Of a stretch of DNA of 53,255 bases, positions 1 to 8,619 are shown in pieces. Source of the stretch: a virus. Taxonomy: Duplodnaviria; Caudoviricetes. Under the pieces are notes generated by a model. That model saw nothing but the letters and a program-made list of their open reading frames with translations, did no database searches and was not told the DNA's origin. The stretch lies in IMG/VR virus record IMGVR_UViG_3300044454_000099, positions 1-53,255 of that record. One strand, 5' to 3'. How positions within the stretch are numbered: the stretch's first letter is position 1; each line of letters begins with the position of its first letter. The position numbers were made by a program, and so were the translations under genes.

Positions 1-134
1 CCGCCGCGCCCCCGCTAGTGAGCGGCATGAACGGCCATTCGTTCGCCTGTATGAAGCCCACTACCTGATCGACGAGCGAGGCGAAATAATCGTCATGCCG
101 GCTATCGCCTCTAAGTTGAAAATCCCAAACGTGG
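1..134. repeat. Terminal direct repeat, left copy (imperfect match to 53110-53255)
   Basis: Positions 18-134 match 53139-53255 with 4 substitutions. Positions 1-15 match 53110-53124 with 1 substitution, followed by a 12-nt indel. Confidence 0.95.
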
Positions 135-373
135 GCGAATTCGTGAGCGACCATAAGCCACGTTCGCCCGTGGGCTAGCTTGATACCGTCGCGCCCGCCA
201 AAGCTCCACTTAGCGGCGCGCGTGAAAGTCACCGGTACGTAAGATCCACGCGCGAGAAATCGTGCCGTGAGATTCGTAATCGCCATGAGGGCCTGAGAAT
301 CAGTGCAGCCGATCGACTCAAGCCAGCGGTGGCGCTCGTTTTCCTTTTCGTAATACTTAAGCCATCGGGCCAT
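1..373 (-). CDS. HExxH zinc-metallopeptidase-like protein (SprT-like); 3' end runs off the window start
   Basis: Not in the ORF track. ATG at 373 overlaps the sigma stop (TAATG). Reads MARWLKYYEKENERH...VAHEFAHVWDFQLRGDSRHDDYF, i.e. HExxH plus a downstream His. Confidence 0.7.
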   Translation of the reverse strand, partial: MARWLKYYEKENERHRWLESIGCTDSQALMAITNLTARFLARGSYVPVTFTRAAKWSFGGRDGIKLAHGRTWLMVAHEFAHVWDFQLRGDSRHDDYFASLVDQVVGFIQANEWPFMPLTSGGAA

Positions 374-960
374 TAGGACGCCCGCCGCGATCCGCCCATG
401 TGGCCGAAACTCTTTTTGCCCTCGAAGGCATGGGCGCCCTCATCATCGATGGCATGGGAAAGGAACCGGTAGGCGATTTTTCGCACTTGCTCACGGCTAA
501 TCGAAAACTTCGTGCCTATCTCGTCGAGTGTGAAGCCCTCTACGCGCATCGATACGATTTCGCGCGTGCGCTCGTCGGCTTGCCCGAGGCGCTTTTTGAA
601 ATCTACATCTTGCGGCGCCTCGGTAATGAACGTGGGCATTTCGCCGCTGGTATCTGGCATGTTTTCGCCATATGCCACCGCCGAGCCGCACCGGTTGACG
701 TGTTTACGCATCATGGCGAACGCCCAAAGGTTCGCGTAGGTGACGATCGAGCCCCGCGCGGGCTTGTAGAGTTGAATGGCCCGAAGAATGCCCAGTGCGG
801 CCTCTTGCGCCAATTCGTCTTTGATATGCTCGGCGAGTGTCAGCCGGCGCGAAAAGGCGTTCGCCCAATACTTGCTAAGGCGCGAGATATCGAGGGGGGT
901 AAGCGATTCTTTACGGGGCAATTTGGCGACGGCTTCGGGGCTCAGGCGGCGGGCATGCAC
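373..960 (-). CDS. Phage-encoded sigma-70-family RNA polymerase sigma factor
   Basis: Region 2-like QEAALGILRAIQLYKPARGSIVTYANLW and region 4-like TLDEIGTKFSISREQVRKI. GAGGT Shine-Dalgarno upstream. Confidence 0.85.
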   Translation of the reverse strand: MHARRLSPEAVAKLPRKESLTPLDISRLSKYWANAFSRRLTLAEHIKDELAQEAALGILRAIQLYKPARGSIVTYANLWAFAMMRKHVNRCGSAVAYGENMPDTSGEMPTFITEAPQDVDFKKRLGQADERTREIVSMRVEGFTLDEIGTKFSISREQVRKIAYRFLSHAIDDEGAHAFEGKKSFGHMGGSRRAS

Positions 961-999
961 GGTGGGGTTTACCTCGCGGTTACGGGTTTTACTTTTTCG

Positions 1000-1028
1000 A
1001 TAATAGCGGGGGTGCCCGTTCAGTGCAA
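1000..1028 (-). promoter_or_regulatory. Sigma70-like promoter for the sigma gene
   Basis: Minus strand TTGCAC-N17-TATTAT. Confidence 0.55.
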
Positions 1029-1091
1029 CTTCGCCCCGCGCGCCCGAGCGAATTAGCGCGCCGTGGCGAAAAAGCGCGCACCCGCGCGTAC

Positions 1092-1125
1092 AAAACGCCT
1101 ACACCTAGCGCCAAGTGTAGGCGTT
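1092..1125 (-). terminator. Probable intrinsic terminator
   Basis: 11-bp stem AACGCCTACAC/GTGTAGGCGTT ending in a T run on the minus strand, just after the stop at 1131. Confidence 0.55.
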
Positions 1126-1130
1126 ACGTA

Positions 1131-1304
1131 TCAATCGAGCCGGATTATTTCGACGGTTTTACCGAGGGCCAGCGTTTGTGAAAGATCGGCATCGGTAATC
1201 AGAAAGCGCACACCGTCGATCGTTACCTCGATAGGTGCGCCCTCTTTCGGCCGCTCGATCTTGAAGGTGACGGCATTGGGGGCTTTGCCGCTAAATAGCC
1301 TCAT
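1131..1304 (-). CDS. Hypothetical protein (57 aa)
   Basis: MRLFSGKAPNAVTFKIERPKEG...; ATGA overlap with the upstream gene. Confidence 0.6.
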   Translation of the reverse strand: MRLFSGKAPNAVTFKIERPKEGAPIEVTIDGVRFLITDADLSQTLALGKTVEIIRLD

Positions 1305-1525
1305 GCCACACCTTGGGCCTTTAGGGCATGCCGAGCTTGAAGCGCCATGGCTCGAAAGACCCTAAGATCGATCTCGTCATAGCCCTGGCCCTCTAGTTCT
1401 AAGATAGCATCTTCAAGGGCTTCAACGGTACTCATAAGCGCTTCGCGTAAATCAAAAACCGGCAAAAGCTCTTCTTCGGCCATACGATCACAATCAACAA
1501 TGGTGCCTGTAGGATAGCCTCTCAT
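1301..1525 (-). CDS. Hypothetical acidic protein
   Basis: ORF coupled by ATGA overlaps on both sides. Confidence 0.6.
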   Translation of the reverse strand: MRGYPTGTIVDCDRMAEEELLPVFDLREALMSTVEALEDAILELEGQGYDEIDLRVFRAMALQARHALKAQGVA

Positions 1526-1989
1526 TTGACACCCCTTGCTCGAATACTGGCCAACTGTTCTTGCGCTTTTTTCTGTTGAGCCTCTAAAACCTCAAACTCA
1601 TAATCGGCCAAAGCGTTACCGGCTTCGGTTAGCTCCCAAAGCTTTGTAGGGCGCCCCTCTGAGGGCATTACCCTTTCGCTAATAACGAGCCCTTCAAGCG
1701 CCATGTCGCCGATAACATTTACGGTATGCTGATATGATCTAGCTGTAGCAAATGCCAGTTCGCGCAAAGTCATAAGCCCGCCCTCGGCTTTCCTTAACGC
1801 AAACAAAATGGCTGAAACCGCTTTACGCGAAACGCGGGTGGGCGCGGGCTTTGGTTGTGGCTTGCCCAAACACTCTAAAATGAACGCCTCGATACGCTTG
1901 GCCGGGCTCGGGTAGCCTTCGGCTTGGCTTCGCTCGGCGAACGCCTGATAAATTTCTCGCTCAACCTGAAAGAAGTAATTTTCTCGCAT
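1522..1989 (-). CDS. Transcriptional regulator: ribbon-helix-helix-like N-terminus plus winged HTH
   Basis: Likely start ATG 1989 (MRENYFFQVEREIYQAFAERSQAEG). The wHTH reads MTLRELAFATARSYQHTVNVIGDMALEGLV...GRPTKLWELTEAG. Confidence 0.65.
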   Translation of the reverse strand: MRENYFFQVEREIYQAFAERSQAEGYPSPAKRIEAFILECLGKPQPKPAPTRVSRKAVSAILFALRKAEGGLMTLRELAFATARSYQHTVNVIGDMALEGLVISERVMPSEGRPTKLWELTEAGNALADYEFEVLEAQQKKAQEQLASIRARGVK

Positions 1990-2047
1990 AGTGCCTGAAA
2001 ATAACGGCAAGCCGGTAAAACGCCCACTATGCCGCGATGCGTAAAAA

Positions 2048-2215
2048 ATATGACCATATATGCCTATACATGCCCATATGACCATTGCTCTATAGCCTAC
2101 ATATGACCACATCAGTAGATCTTCGATCTAACTTTTCTTTAGAGTCTGATTTATAAAATTAATAGTTTAAAGATAGGTAGAGATATAGGATCTTTAAACT
2201 ATTATTTCTATAGAA
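2048..2215. repeat. Three ATATGACCA direct repeats followed by an AT-rich tract
   Basis: Copies at 2048, 2076 and 2101. AT-rich stretch ~2130-2215 lies in the divergent intergenic region. Confidence 0.7.
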
Positions 2216-2336
2216 TTGGATAGGTGGGGGGTCGAGATCGACGATCTAGCGTGATCGAGTAATTACGGGCTTTTAGCGCTCACACGAATGATTTCGAGGG
2301 GTTACCTTTTTCGCTCGGCTCGGCTATTCTGAGCCC

Positions 2337-2741
2337 ATGGCGATCATCAGAACAGGCAAAAAGCTTTCCAAAAAAGATATGAGGCGAGCCGCGGCCGAGA
2401 TCTTCGGCGAAGACTCGCGCGGCCTTTTGCAAATCTTAAAAGAAATCGCGAGCGGCGAGGCCGAGATCATCGAACCCGGCAAGTATGGCGAGGCCGTGAG
2501 CGTGCGCCCTTCGTTCAGCGAACGTCTTACCGCTATTCAGACCGTATTGTCTTACCAGCACGGCAAGCCTCATCAATCAACCACAGTCGAAACCGTGGAA
2601 CGGCCCACGAAATGGAACCCCGACCTTTTGAGCGTTGAGGAAATAAACCAGATAGAAAGCCTCGTGAAGAAAGCTACGCCATTACCGCCAAACACCATTG
2701 AGGGAGAATATGCGGAAACCAACGAAGAAGAAGAAGAGTAA
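2337..2741 (+). CDS. Putative terminase small subunit
   Basis: First gene of the late arm, upstream of TerL. Helical core (LLQILKEIASGE...ERLTAIQTVL..GKP) and acidic tail. Confidence 0.55.
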   Translation: MAIIRTGKKLSKKDMRRAAAEIFGEDSRGLLQILKEIASGEAEIIEPGKYGEAVSVRPSFSERLTAIQTVLSYQHGKPHQSTTVETVERPTKWNPDLLSVEEINQIESLVKKATPLPPNTIEGEYAETNEEEEE

Positions 2742-2901
2742 GGCCGTGTCAGCCCGTAGCGCTAAATGGTGGTCACGAGAAGATATCGAGGTTGAGATCG
2801 AAGCGTTTCGCGCTCGCATCATAGAGGCCGTGTGGCCGATTGTGTGTGACGAGTGGCGCGGCTCGCGCGTGCTCGAAGCTATCCGAAAGGTTCAACCATG
2901 A
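2710..2901 (+). CDS. Hypothetical basic protein
   Basis: GGGAG SD before ATG 2710; ATGA overlap downstream. Confidence 0.5.
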   Translation: MRKPTKKKKSKAVSARSAKWWSREDIEVEIEAFRARIIEAVWPIVCDEWRGSRVLEAIRKVQP

Positions 2902-3029
2902 TCGCCGTGATTATCGGTATTGTGGCCGTGCCCATTGCGTGCCTTAGTTTGCTGGGCTGCATGGTTATCGTAAAGGTATTGCGCTTCGCGCTCGAAGCGA
3001 GACTTAAGGGCAAAAATGCCAATCGCTAA
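2898..3029 (+). CDS. Small membrane protein (43 aa)
   Basis: MIAVIIGIVAVPIACLSLLGCMVIV hydrophobic segment; ATGA coupling. Confidence 0.5.
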   Translation: MIAVIIGIVAVPIACLSLLGCMVIVKVLRFALEARLKGKNANR

Positions 3030-3231
3030 GCTCGAATTTAATTTGCCCGACGAGCGCCACGAATTCGATCAGGCTTGTCGGGCGGGTGATTACGTTGCGA
3101 CCTTAAGCGACGTTCTTAACCATATTCGCCAGCGGCTCAAATATGAGAAGACCACGAAAGGCCAAGCCGATGATCTCGAAGCGATTAGGCGCATTATTTA
3201 TGATAGTTTGCCCGGCGCTGATTTGCTGTGA
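3016..3231 (+). CDS. Hypothetical phage protein
   Basis: MPIAKLEFNLPDERHEF..., a small-phage-protein pattern. Confidence 0.65.
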   Translation: MPIAKLEFNLPDERHEFDQACRAGDYVATLSDVLNHIRQRLKYEKTTKGQADDLEAIRRIIYDSLPGADLL

Positions 3232-3730
3232 GGGCAACGTTTACCAGACATGCCCTAACCGCACCTTCGGCACGGTAAGCACCGAAATAAAAATGCCGTG
3301 CGACGAGATCGAGGCTTCGACCGATTGGGCCGAAGCATTGCTTACGCCCGTGTGGCCTGATTTCCCCACGCACGCGAAGAGCATCAATCTCGTGTGGCGC
3401 GCCGTTGGTTGGTGGCACGATGATTTTCTAAATCGCGATCTAGGCGGGTTGACTACCCTTGACGCGGTTTACGTGGGTAGCGATGGCGCTTCGCTCGCGC
3501 ATGAGCTTATGCACGTCAAGAACCCCACGCCTGAGAATTGGGATCATTACGGTTGGGGCGTGGGTGGCGAAAATGCCGTTAACCACATGTACCGAATAGC
3601 TATCGGGGTTGACAAATTCGGCGATGGCTTGGCGTGCGATCCTCACGAGACAATGCCCGAGGCGTGGGGCGTGGCGTATTACGAGGCGGGCTTTCAATAC
3701 CTCGCTCGCGACGCCATGGCGTGCCCGTGA
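3170..3730 (+). CDS. Putative exported HExxH metallopeptidase
   Basis: GAAAGG SD before ATG 3170; signal-like MISKRLGALFMIVCPALICC; SLAHELMHV...WDH motif. Confidence 0.5.
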   Translation: MISKRLGALFMIVCPALICCEGNVYQTCPNRTFGTVSTEIKMPCDEIEASTDWAEALLTPVWPDFPTHAKSINLVWRAVGWWHDDFLNRDLGGLTTLDAVYVGSDGASLAHELMHVKNPTPENWDHYGWGVGGENAVNHMYRIAIGVDKFGDGLACDPHETMPEAWGVAYYEAGFQYLARDAMACP

Positions 3731-3742
3731 TACTCTTAGCGC

Positions 3743-5254
3743 ATGGGGTTTGATTTACGCGAGGGCATGGCTAAAGCCGAAGGCGAGGCCGCGGTTTGCC
3801 GTCGCCTGTTTAAGCGCTTTATCGTGCGCGCATGGCCTGAGATTGATCCGGCGCCGCTCGTGCCTAACTGGCACATTGACGCCATAGCCGATCACCTTCA
3901 GGCGGTAGCCGATGGCGAAATCAAAAACCTAATAATTAATATCCCACCCGGCCACGCTAAGAGCATGCTGGTTAGCGTGCTCTTTCCCGCGTGGGTATGG
4001 TCGCGCAAGCCCTCGTGGCAATTTCTCGCCGCGGCTTACGAGCAAGGGCTAGTTACTCGCGATGCCGTCAAAGCGCGCGACCTAATGCGTAGCGAGTGGT
4101 ATACGCGCTGGTTTAGGTCTGAGGCATCGCCGTTCGCCGGCAACCCGTGGGATTTTTCAGCCGACACGGATCAGAAAACCTACTACTCGAATACCGAGGG
4201 CGGGCACCGCGTTTCGCTAGGTGTGGGCGGCAAGGGCACCGGCTACCGCGGCGATTGCCTGATTATCGATGATCCGATCAGCGCCAAAGATGCCCATAGC
4301 AAGCTTGCGCGCGATGCCGTGATCCGTTGGAAAACGGAAACCATGGCTAACCGATTTAACGACCAAGAGCGCGCCGCCCAAATCTTAATTATGCAGCGCC
4401 TACACGAAGAAGACCTTTCGGGCTTCCTTTTGCGTGAAGGCGGGTGGGAGCATCTACGATTGCCCTCGCGATTCGAGGCAAAGAACCCATGCCGCACGCG
4501 AACGTGGCGAGGCGTCGATTTCTACACCGATCAGCGCAAGACCGAAGGTGAGCTTTTATTCCCTGAGAAATTCCCGGATCGAGTTCTAGAGGGGCTGCAC
4601 AAAAGCGTGGGCTCGTATGGCTTCGCTGGCCAGTATCAGCAACGCCCCGCGCCCGCTGAAGGCGGCATGCTTAAGCGCGAATGGTTTTCGCGCCGTTGGA
4701 CATTGCCGGGGGCTATCGCGCCCGAGGGCATACAGGCGCGCACGGTGCCCACCGATTTCGAGCTTTATTCAATATTCGTTGATGCCGCGTTCAAGAAGAC
4801 TGACGATAGCGACAAGGTAGCTATCGGTGTGTTCGGTATTAAGGGGCCTGACGTTTACCTTTTGCGGTTGGCATGGGAGCGCATGACGTTTACCGAAACG
4901 GTAACGCGGCTCGTCGATTTGAAAGCCAAGTTTCCCATGGTGAACGGTATTTTCATCGAAGACAAAGCGAACGGCTCGGCGATTATCGACACGCTAAAAA
5001 ACAAGGTGCCCGGCATCGTGCCTATCGAGCCTGACGGCGGCAAAGAAAGCCGCATCGCATCGGTAAGCCCATTTATCGAGGCCGGTAATTTCTGGCTACC
5101 ACTTTCGGCTACGTGGCTTGACGATTTCATTACTGAGGCGTGCGCGTTTCCGAAGGCCCCACACGATGATGCGATCGACATGACCGCCTATGCCCTCTTG
5201 CGCTATTGCGGTCGTAACCAATTGGGTTTGCTAGAGGCGCTCGCGCGCGACTGA
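3743..5254 (+). CDS. terL: Terminase large subunit
   Basis: Walker A NIPPGHAKS, Walker B LIIDDP, coupling motif IMQRLH, nuclease motifs VDAA, IEDKANG and HDDAID. Confidence 0.95.
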   Translation: MGFDLREGMAKAEGEAAVCRRLFKRFIVRAWPEIDPAPLVPNWHIDAIADHLQAVADGEIKNLIINIPPGHAKSMLVSVLFPAWVWSRKPSWQFLAAAYEQGLVTRDAVKARDLMRSEWYTRWFRSEASPFAGNPWDFSADTDQKTYYSNTEGGHRVSLGVGGKGTGYRGDCLIIDDPISAKDAHSKLARDAVIRWKTETMANRFNDQERAAQILIMQRLHEEDLSGFLLREGGWEHLRLPSRFEAKNPCRTRTWRGVDFYTDQRKTEGELLFPEKFPDRVLEGLHKSVGSYGFAGQYQQRPAPAEGGMLKREWFSRRWTLPGAIAPEGIQARTVPTDFELYSIFVDAAFKKTDDSDKVAIGVFGIKGPDVYLLRLAWERMTFTETVTRLVDLKAKFPMVNGIFIEDKANGSAIIDTLKNKVPGIVPIEPDGGKESRIASVSPFIEAGNFWLPLSATWLDDFITEACAFPKAPHDDAIDMTAYALLRYCGRNQLGLLEALARD

Positions 5255-5276
5255 ACCCTAGGTTAAGGTGGGGGCA

Positions 5277-5816
5277 ATGGATATTCTAAGCCTTGAGCAA
5301 GCGGCTTACGTTTTGCCGGCCGTGAATCGCCAGCGGCTTGAAGTGCTCTTGCCACACTTCAATGCGGCATGCACTGAGGCCGAGATCAACACGTCGCAAA
5401 GGTGCGCGTGCTTTATCGCTCAACTTGCCCACGAAAGCGGCGAGTTTCGATATTTTGAAGAGCTTGGCAAAGACGCGGGCGCCCAATACGAGGGCCGCAA
5501 AGACCTAGGCAACCTGCAACCGGGTGACGGCAAGCGCTACAAGGGCCGCGGGCCGATTCAGCTCACGGGCCGGGCAAACTATCGAGCCGCGGGCGTGGCC
5601 TTGGGGCTCGATCTCGAAGCCAACCCGGCGATCGTCGCTACGCCCGCGGTGGGCTTTCGTGTGGCCGGGTGGTTTTGGAAATCTAAAGGGCTCAATGCCC
5701 TAGCCGATGCAAACCTTTTTTCAGTAATCACTAAGAAGATCAATGGTGGGTGGAACGGCGAGGCGCAACGCGAGGCTTATTACGCGCGCGCACGTAAGGC
5801 GTTCGGCTTACCGTAA
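5277..5816 (+). CDS. Endolysin, glycoside hydrolase family 19
   Basis: AQLAHESG, GDGKRYKGRGPIQLTGRANY, WFW and ITKKINGG motifs. Confidence 0.92.
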   Translation: MDILSLEQAAYVLPAVNRQRLEVLLPHFNAACTEAEINTSQRCACFIAQLAHESGEFRYFEELGKDAGAQYEGRKDLGNLQPGDGKRYKGRGPIQLTGRANYRAAGVALGLDLEANPAIVATPAVGFRVAGWFWKSKGLNALADANLFSVITKKINGGWNGEAQREAYYARARKAFGLP

Positions 5817-5827
5817 CGGGGTTAAAA

Positions 5828-7303
5828 ATGGCAAAGAAGAAGCTTACACCCGAGCCTGAGCTTGACGCGCTCGCGAATGACGGGTGGGTGAACGTTCTTA
5901 CCGGCCTTGGGCAACTGAACAAAGACAAGCGCGAAAGCGCGTTGCCCACGATTGATCTGATGAGCTATGAGGCTTTGGCGACGCTTTACCGCGCCAGCGA
6001 TCTTGCGGCTCGCATTTGCGATTTGCCCGCCGAAGACATGATGCGTGAAGGCTTTGACGTTCGGATACCTGACAACGAAGAAGGCGCCGAAGAGATCGGC
6101 GCGTACCTTGACGGGTTGGGCGCCGAGGCCGCACTAGAGCAAGCACTTAAGTATCGGCGCGTTTACGGCGGCGCCGCGATTTTGATAGGCGCGAACGATG
6201 GCGTATCGGATCTGAGCTTGCCCCTTAATGAGGCCGGCATTAGGTCGATCGATTACCTGAACGTCTTCGATCCTTTTGAAGCGCGCATAACGGAATATCA
6301 GGAAAACCCGGCAAAGAAAGATTTCGGCCGGCCTACCATGTATCAGCTTAACCCCCATGTCATGGGCGCGGGGCTCGTGCCGCTTCAGAAAATCCACGCC
6401 TCACGCATTTTGCAGTTTCAGGGGCCCTTGGCGAATCGTCGCCAGCTTCGATCCGCGCCCAACGGCATTAATCAGGGTTGGGGCGATAGCGTGCTTGTGC
6501 GCGTCGCTAAGGAGATCCGCGATTACGATCAGGCGTGGGGCGGTGTGTCTCACCTAATGACAGATCTCGCCCAAGCGGTCTACATGATCGCCGGGCTCGC
6601 CAATGCCCTGTTGGCCGACAAAGATAAAACCATCAAGAAGCGCATGCAGATAATCAACATGAGTCGAAGCATGCTCGGCGCCGTGCTTCTCGATAAAGAC
6701 GGCGAAAGCTTCGAGCGCAAAGGCACGCCCATGTCAGGGGTCGCCGAGGTTTTGCGCGAAAAGATGAACCGCCTTGCCGCCGCGGCCGGCATTCCTACTG
6801 TAGTGCTCTTCGGTATATCGCCGGGCGGTATGAACGCCACGGGCGAAAGCGATATGCAAGTTTGGTACGACAAGGTTAGAGCCGCTCAACGGCGCCACTT
6901 GAAGCCCCAAACCGAAGATCTGATCCGGTTGGTCATGCTCGCCAAAGACGGCCCTACCTCGGGCGTTGAGCCTGACAACTATTCGATCCAATTCAGGCCG
7001 TTGTGGCAAATGTCAGACACCGAAAAGGCCGAGGTTCGGAATAAGAACGCCCAAACAGATCAGCTTTATCTGAATATGGGCGTTGCGAGCACGAGCGATA
7101 TCGCTGAAAGTCGTTTCGGTGGCGATGAATACGGTATGGATCTGTTGGTCGATATGACCGAGCTTGAGGCCCGCGAGGCCCAAAGCGAAGAGCTGAACAC
7201 GGCTCAACACGAGGCGACGGTTAGCAACCTCGAAGAGCACGGCTCGCCGTTGCCGCCCGCTAAGCCACCCGAGCCGGGTAAAGCGCCGCCGTCGAAGGGG
7301 TAA
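5828..7303 (+). CDS. Portal protein (DUF1073-type)
   Basis: DGWVNVLTGLG, RVYGGAAI, IHASR, GIPTVVLFGISPGGMNATGESD motifs; synteny. Confidence 0.88.
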   Translation: MAKKKLTPEPELDALANDGWVNVLTGLGQLNKDKRESALPTIDLMSYEALATLYRASDLAARICDLPAEDMMREGFDVRIPDNEEGAEEIGAYLDGLGAEAALEQALKYRRVYGGAAILIGANDGVSDLSLPLNEAGIRSIDYLNVFDPFEARITEYQENPAKKDFGRPTMYQLNPHVMGAGLVPLQKIHASRILQFQGPLANRRQLRSAPNGINQGWGDSVLVRVAKEIRDYDQAWGGVSHLMTDLAQAVYMIAGLANALLADKDKTIKKRMQIINMSRSMLGAVLLDKDGESFERKGTPMSGVAEVLREKMNRLAAAAGIPTVVLFGISPGGMNATGESDMQVWYDKVRAAQRRHLKPQTEDLIRLVMLAKDGPTSGVEPDNYSIQFRPLWQMSDTEKAEVRNKNAQTDQLYLNMGVASTSDIAESRFGGDEYGMDLLVDMTELEAREAQSEELNTAQHEATVSNLEEHGSPLPPAKPPEPGKAPPSKG

Positions 7304-7307
7304 CCGC

Positions 7308-8159
7308 ATGGCAATGACACGAGGGGCGTTCCATTCGGCTTTAGCTATTGCGCGGGCGCGCGGGCATAAGCCGCGCCGTTTGCCGCGTGCGGCCGAGCCC
7401 ATAGCGCTTCAGCGGAAATATGCGAGGCGTCTTAAGGCTCGCATGCTCGAAGATGCTATGGGCCTCGTGCGTCGCTTGCTCGTGCCAAAGCTCGAAGAGA
7501 TCGCGGCCACGCAAAGCAAAGTGGCCTACACCGATGCCGCTCACGATGAACTAGGCGAGATAATCGACGAGATCAGCCAACAGTTTTTTGAGAAATGGTC
7601 GCGCCGAAGGTTCGGCGATGTGGTGCGGCCAGTAGGCGAGGAAGTAGCGAGGTTCAACGCGGCGCAATTGAATAAACAGCTTAGCGCCGCCATCGCCGAG
7701 AACATTTCGGTTGATGTGGTGGGCGTAGAGTCATGGCTGGCGAGCGCAATCGAAGAATTCACGCGCGAGAATGTGGCATTGATTCGCACCATTCCCGAGC
7801 AATTCTTTTCTGACCTAGAAAAATCTATCGCGCGAGAAGTGGCTGACGGTGCTAGGTGGGAGCAACTGGCCGCGCTCGTCGAAGAGCGCTATAGCGTGAG
7901 CGAGTCGCGGGCCGAACTCATCGCGCGCGATCAGGTAGGCAAGTTCAACGGCGATTTGAGCCGGGTTCGCCAAGGCGAGCTTGGGATCAAAAAATTCGTA
8001 TGGCGAACCATGGGTGACGAGCGCGTGCGCGAAGAGCATCAAGACCGCAACGGGCACGTTTACGAGTGGTCAGATCCGCCCGATGGCGAAACGCCCGGCG
8101 AACCTATTCAGTGTAGGTGTTTCGCGGAACCTGACGTTCAAAGCGCGCTAGGTGACTAG
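7308..8159 (+). CDS. Minor head/head morphogenesis protein (SPP1 gp7 / Mu gpF family)
   Basis: RAELIARDQ, WRTMGDERVREEH and PGEPIQCRC motifs. Confidence 0.9.
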   Translation: MAMTRGAFHSALAIARARGHKPRRLPRAAEPIALQRKYARRLKARMLEDAMGLVRRLLVPKLEEIAATQSKVAYTDAAHDELGEIIDEISQQFFEKWSRRRFGDVVRPVGEEVARFNAAQLNKQLSAAIAENISVDVVGVESWLASAIEEFTRENVALIRTIPEQFFSDLEKSIAREVADGARWEQLAALVEERYSVSESRAELIARDQVGKFNGDLSRVRQGELGIKKFVWRTMGDERVREEHQDRNGHVYEWSDPPDGETPGEPIQCRCFAEPDVQSALGD

Positions 8160-8188
8160 CCGATAAAGCACGCGGAAAACCCACGCGG

Positions 8189-8485
8189 CTAAACGGTAAA
8201 GCGTGCCCACTTGTGACCTTCGATCGTGAGCCCGTCTTCTCGAAGACTCATAACAGGCACTGTAGCGGCGTAGCACTGAGCCCCATTATCAATCCAAACC
8301 AATAATGTTTGATCGGCTCGCGAGGCTTCGATCTTGTAGGTGCATTTCGGATCGCCGCACCTAATCATTTCTTGCACCGTGCCACCCATGGTATAGCGAT
8401 AATATTTCTCGGTTCTACTTTTACAATATGGGCAAGGCGGGTATACCCTAAACGTCATGGGCGGTGTGGGGTAAGGCTGGATCAT
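8189..8485 (-). CDS. Hypothetical Zn-ribbon protein
   Basis: CPYC...CGDPKC; ATGA coupling. Confidence 0.55.
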   Translation of the reverse strand: MIQPYPTPPMTFRVYPPCPYCKSRTEKYYRYTMGGTVQEMIRCGDPKCTYKIEASRADQTLLVWIDNGAQCYAATVPVMSLREDGLTIEGHKWARFTV

Positions 8486-8619
8486 GGCGCGGGTAGGAAT
8501 GGGTATTCTTGCATGTGCTCGATCTTGGCTTTGAGCTGATAAGCCAAAATCTTCAGCGTGCGGTTTTCGCGCTCTAGCTTTTCGAGGGCCGCGCGAAGTT
8601 CTTCGGGCTTTTCTTTCAC
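8482..8619 (-). CDS. Small coiled-coil hypothetical protein
   Basis: GTGA overlap with the methyltransferase stop; KEKPEELRAALEKLERENRTL. Confidence 0.45.
   Translation of the reverse strand: MKEKPEELRAALEKLERENRTLKILAYQLKAKIEHMQEYPFLPAP

Noticed and set aside
5828-7303. DUF1073-type gene as an anti-CBASS (Acb1) enzyme
   Set aside because: Size, motifs and position indicate a portal; I see no appended 2H phosphoesterase domain.
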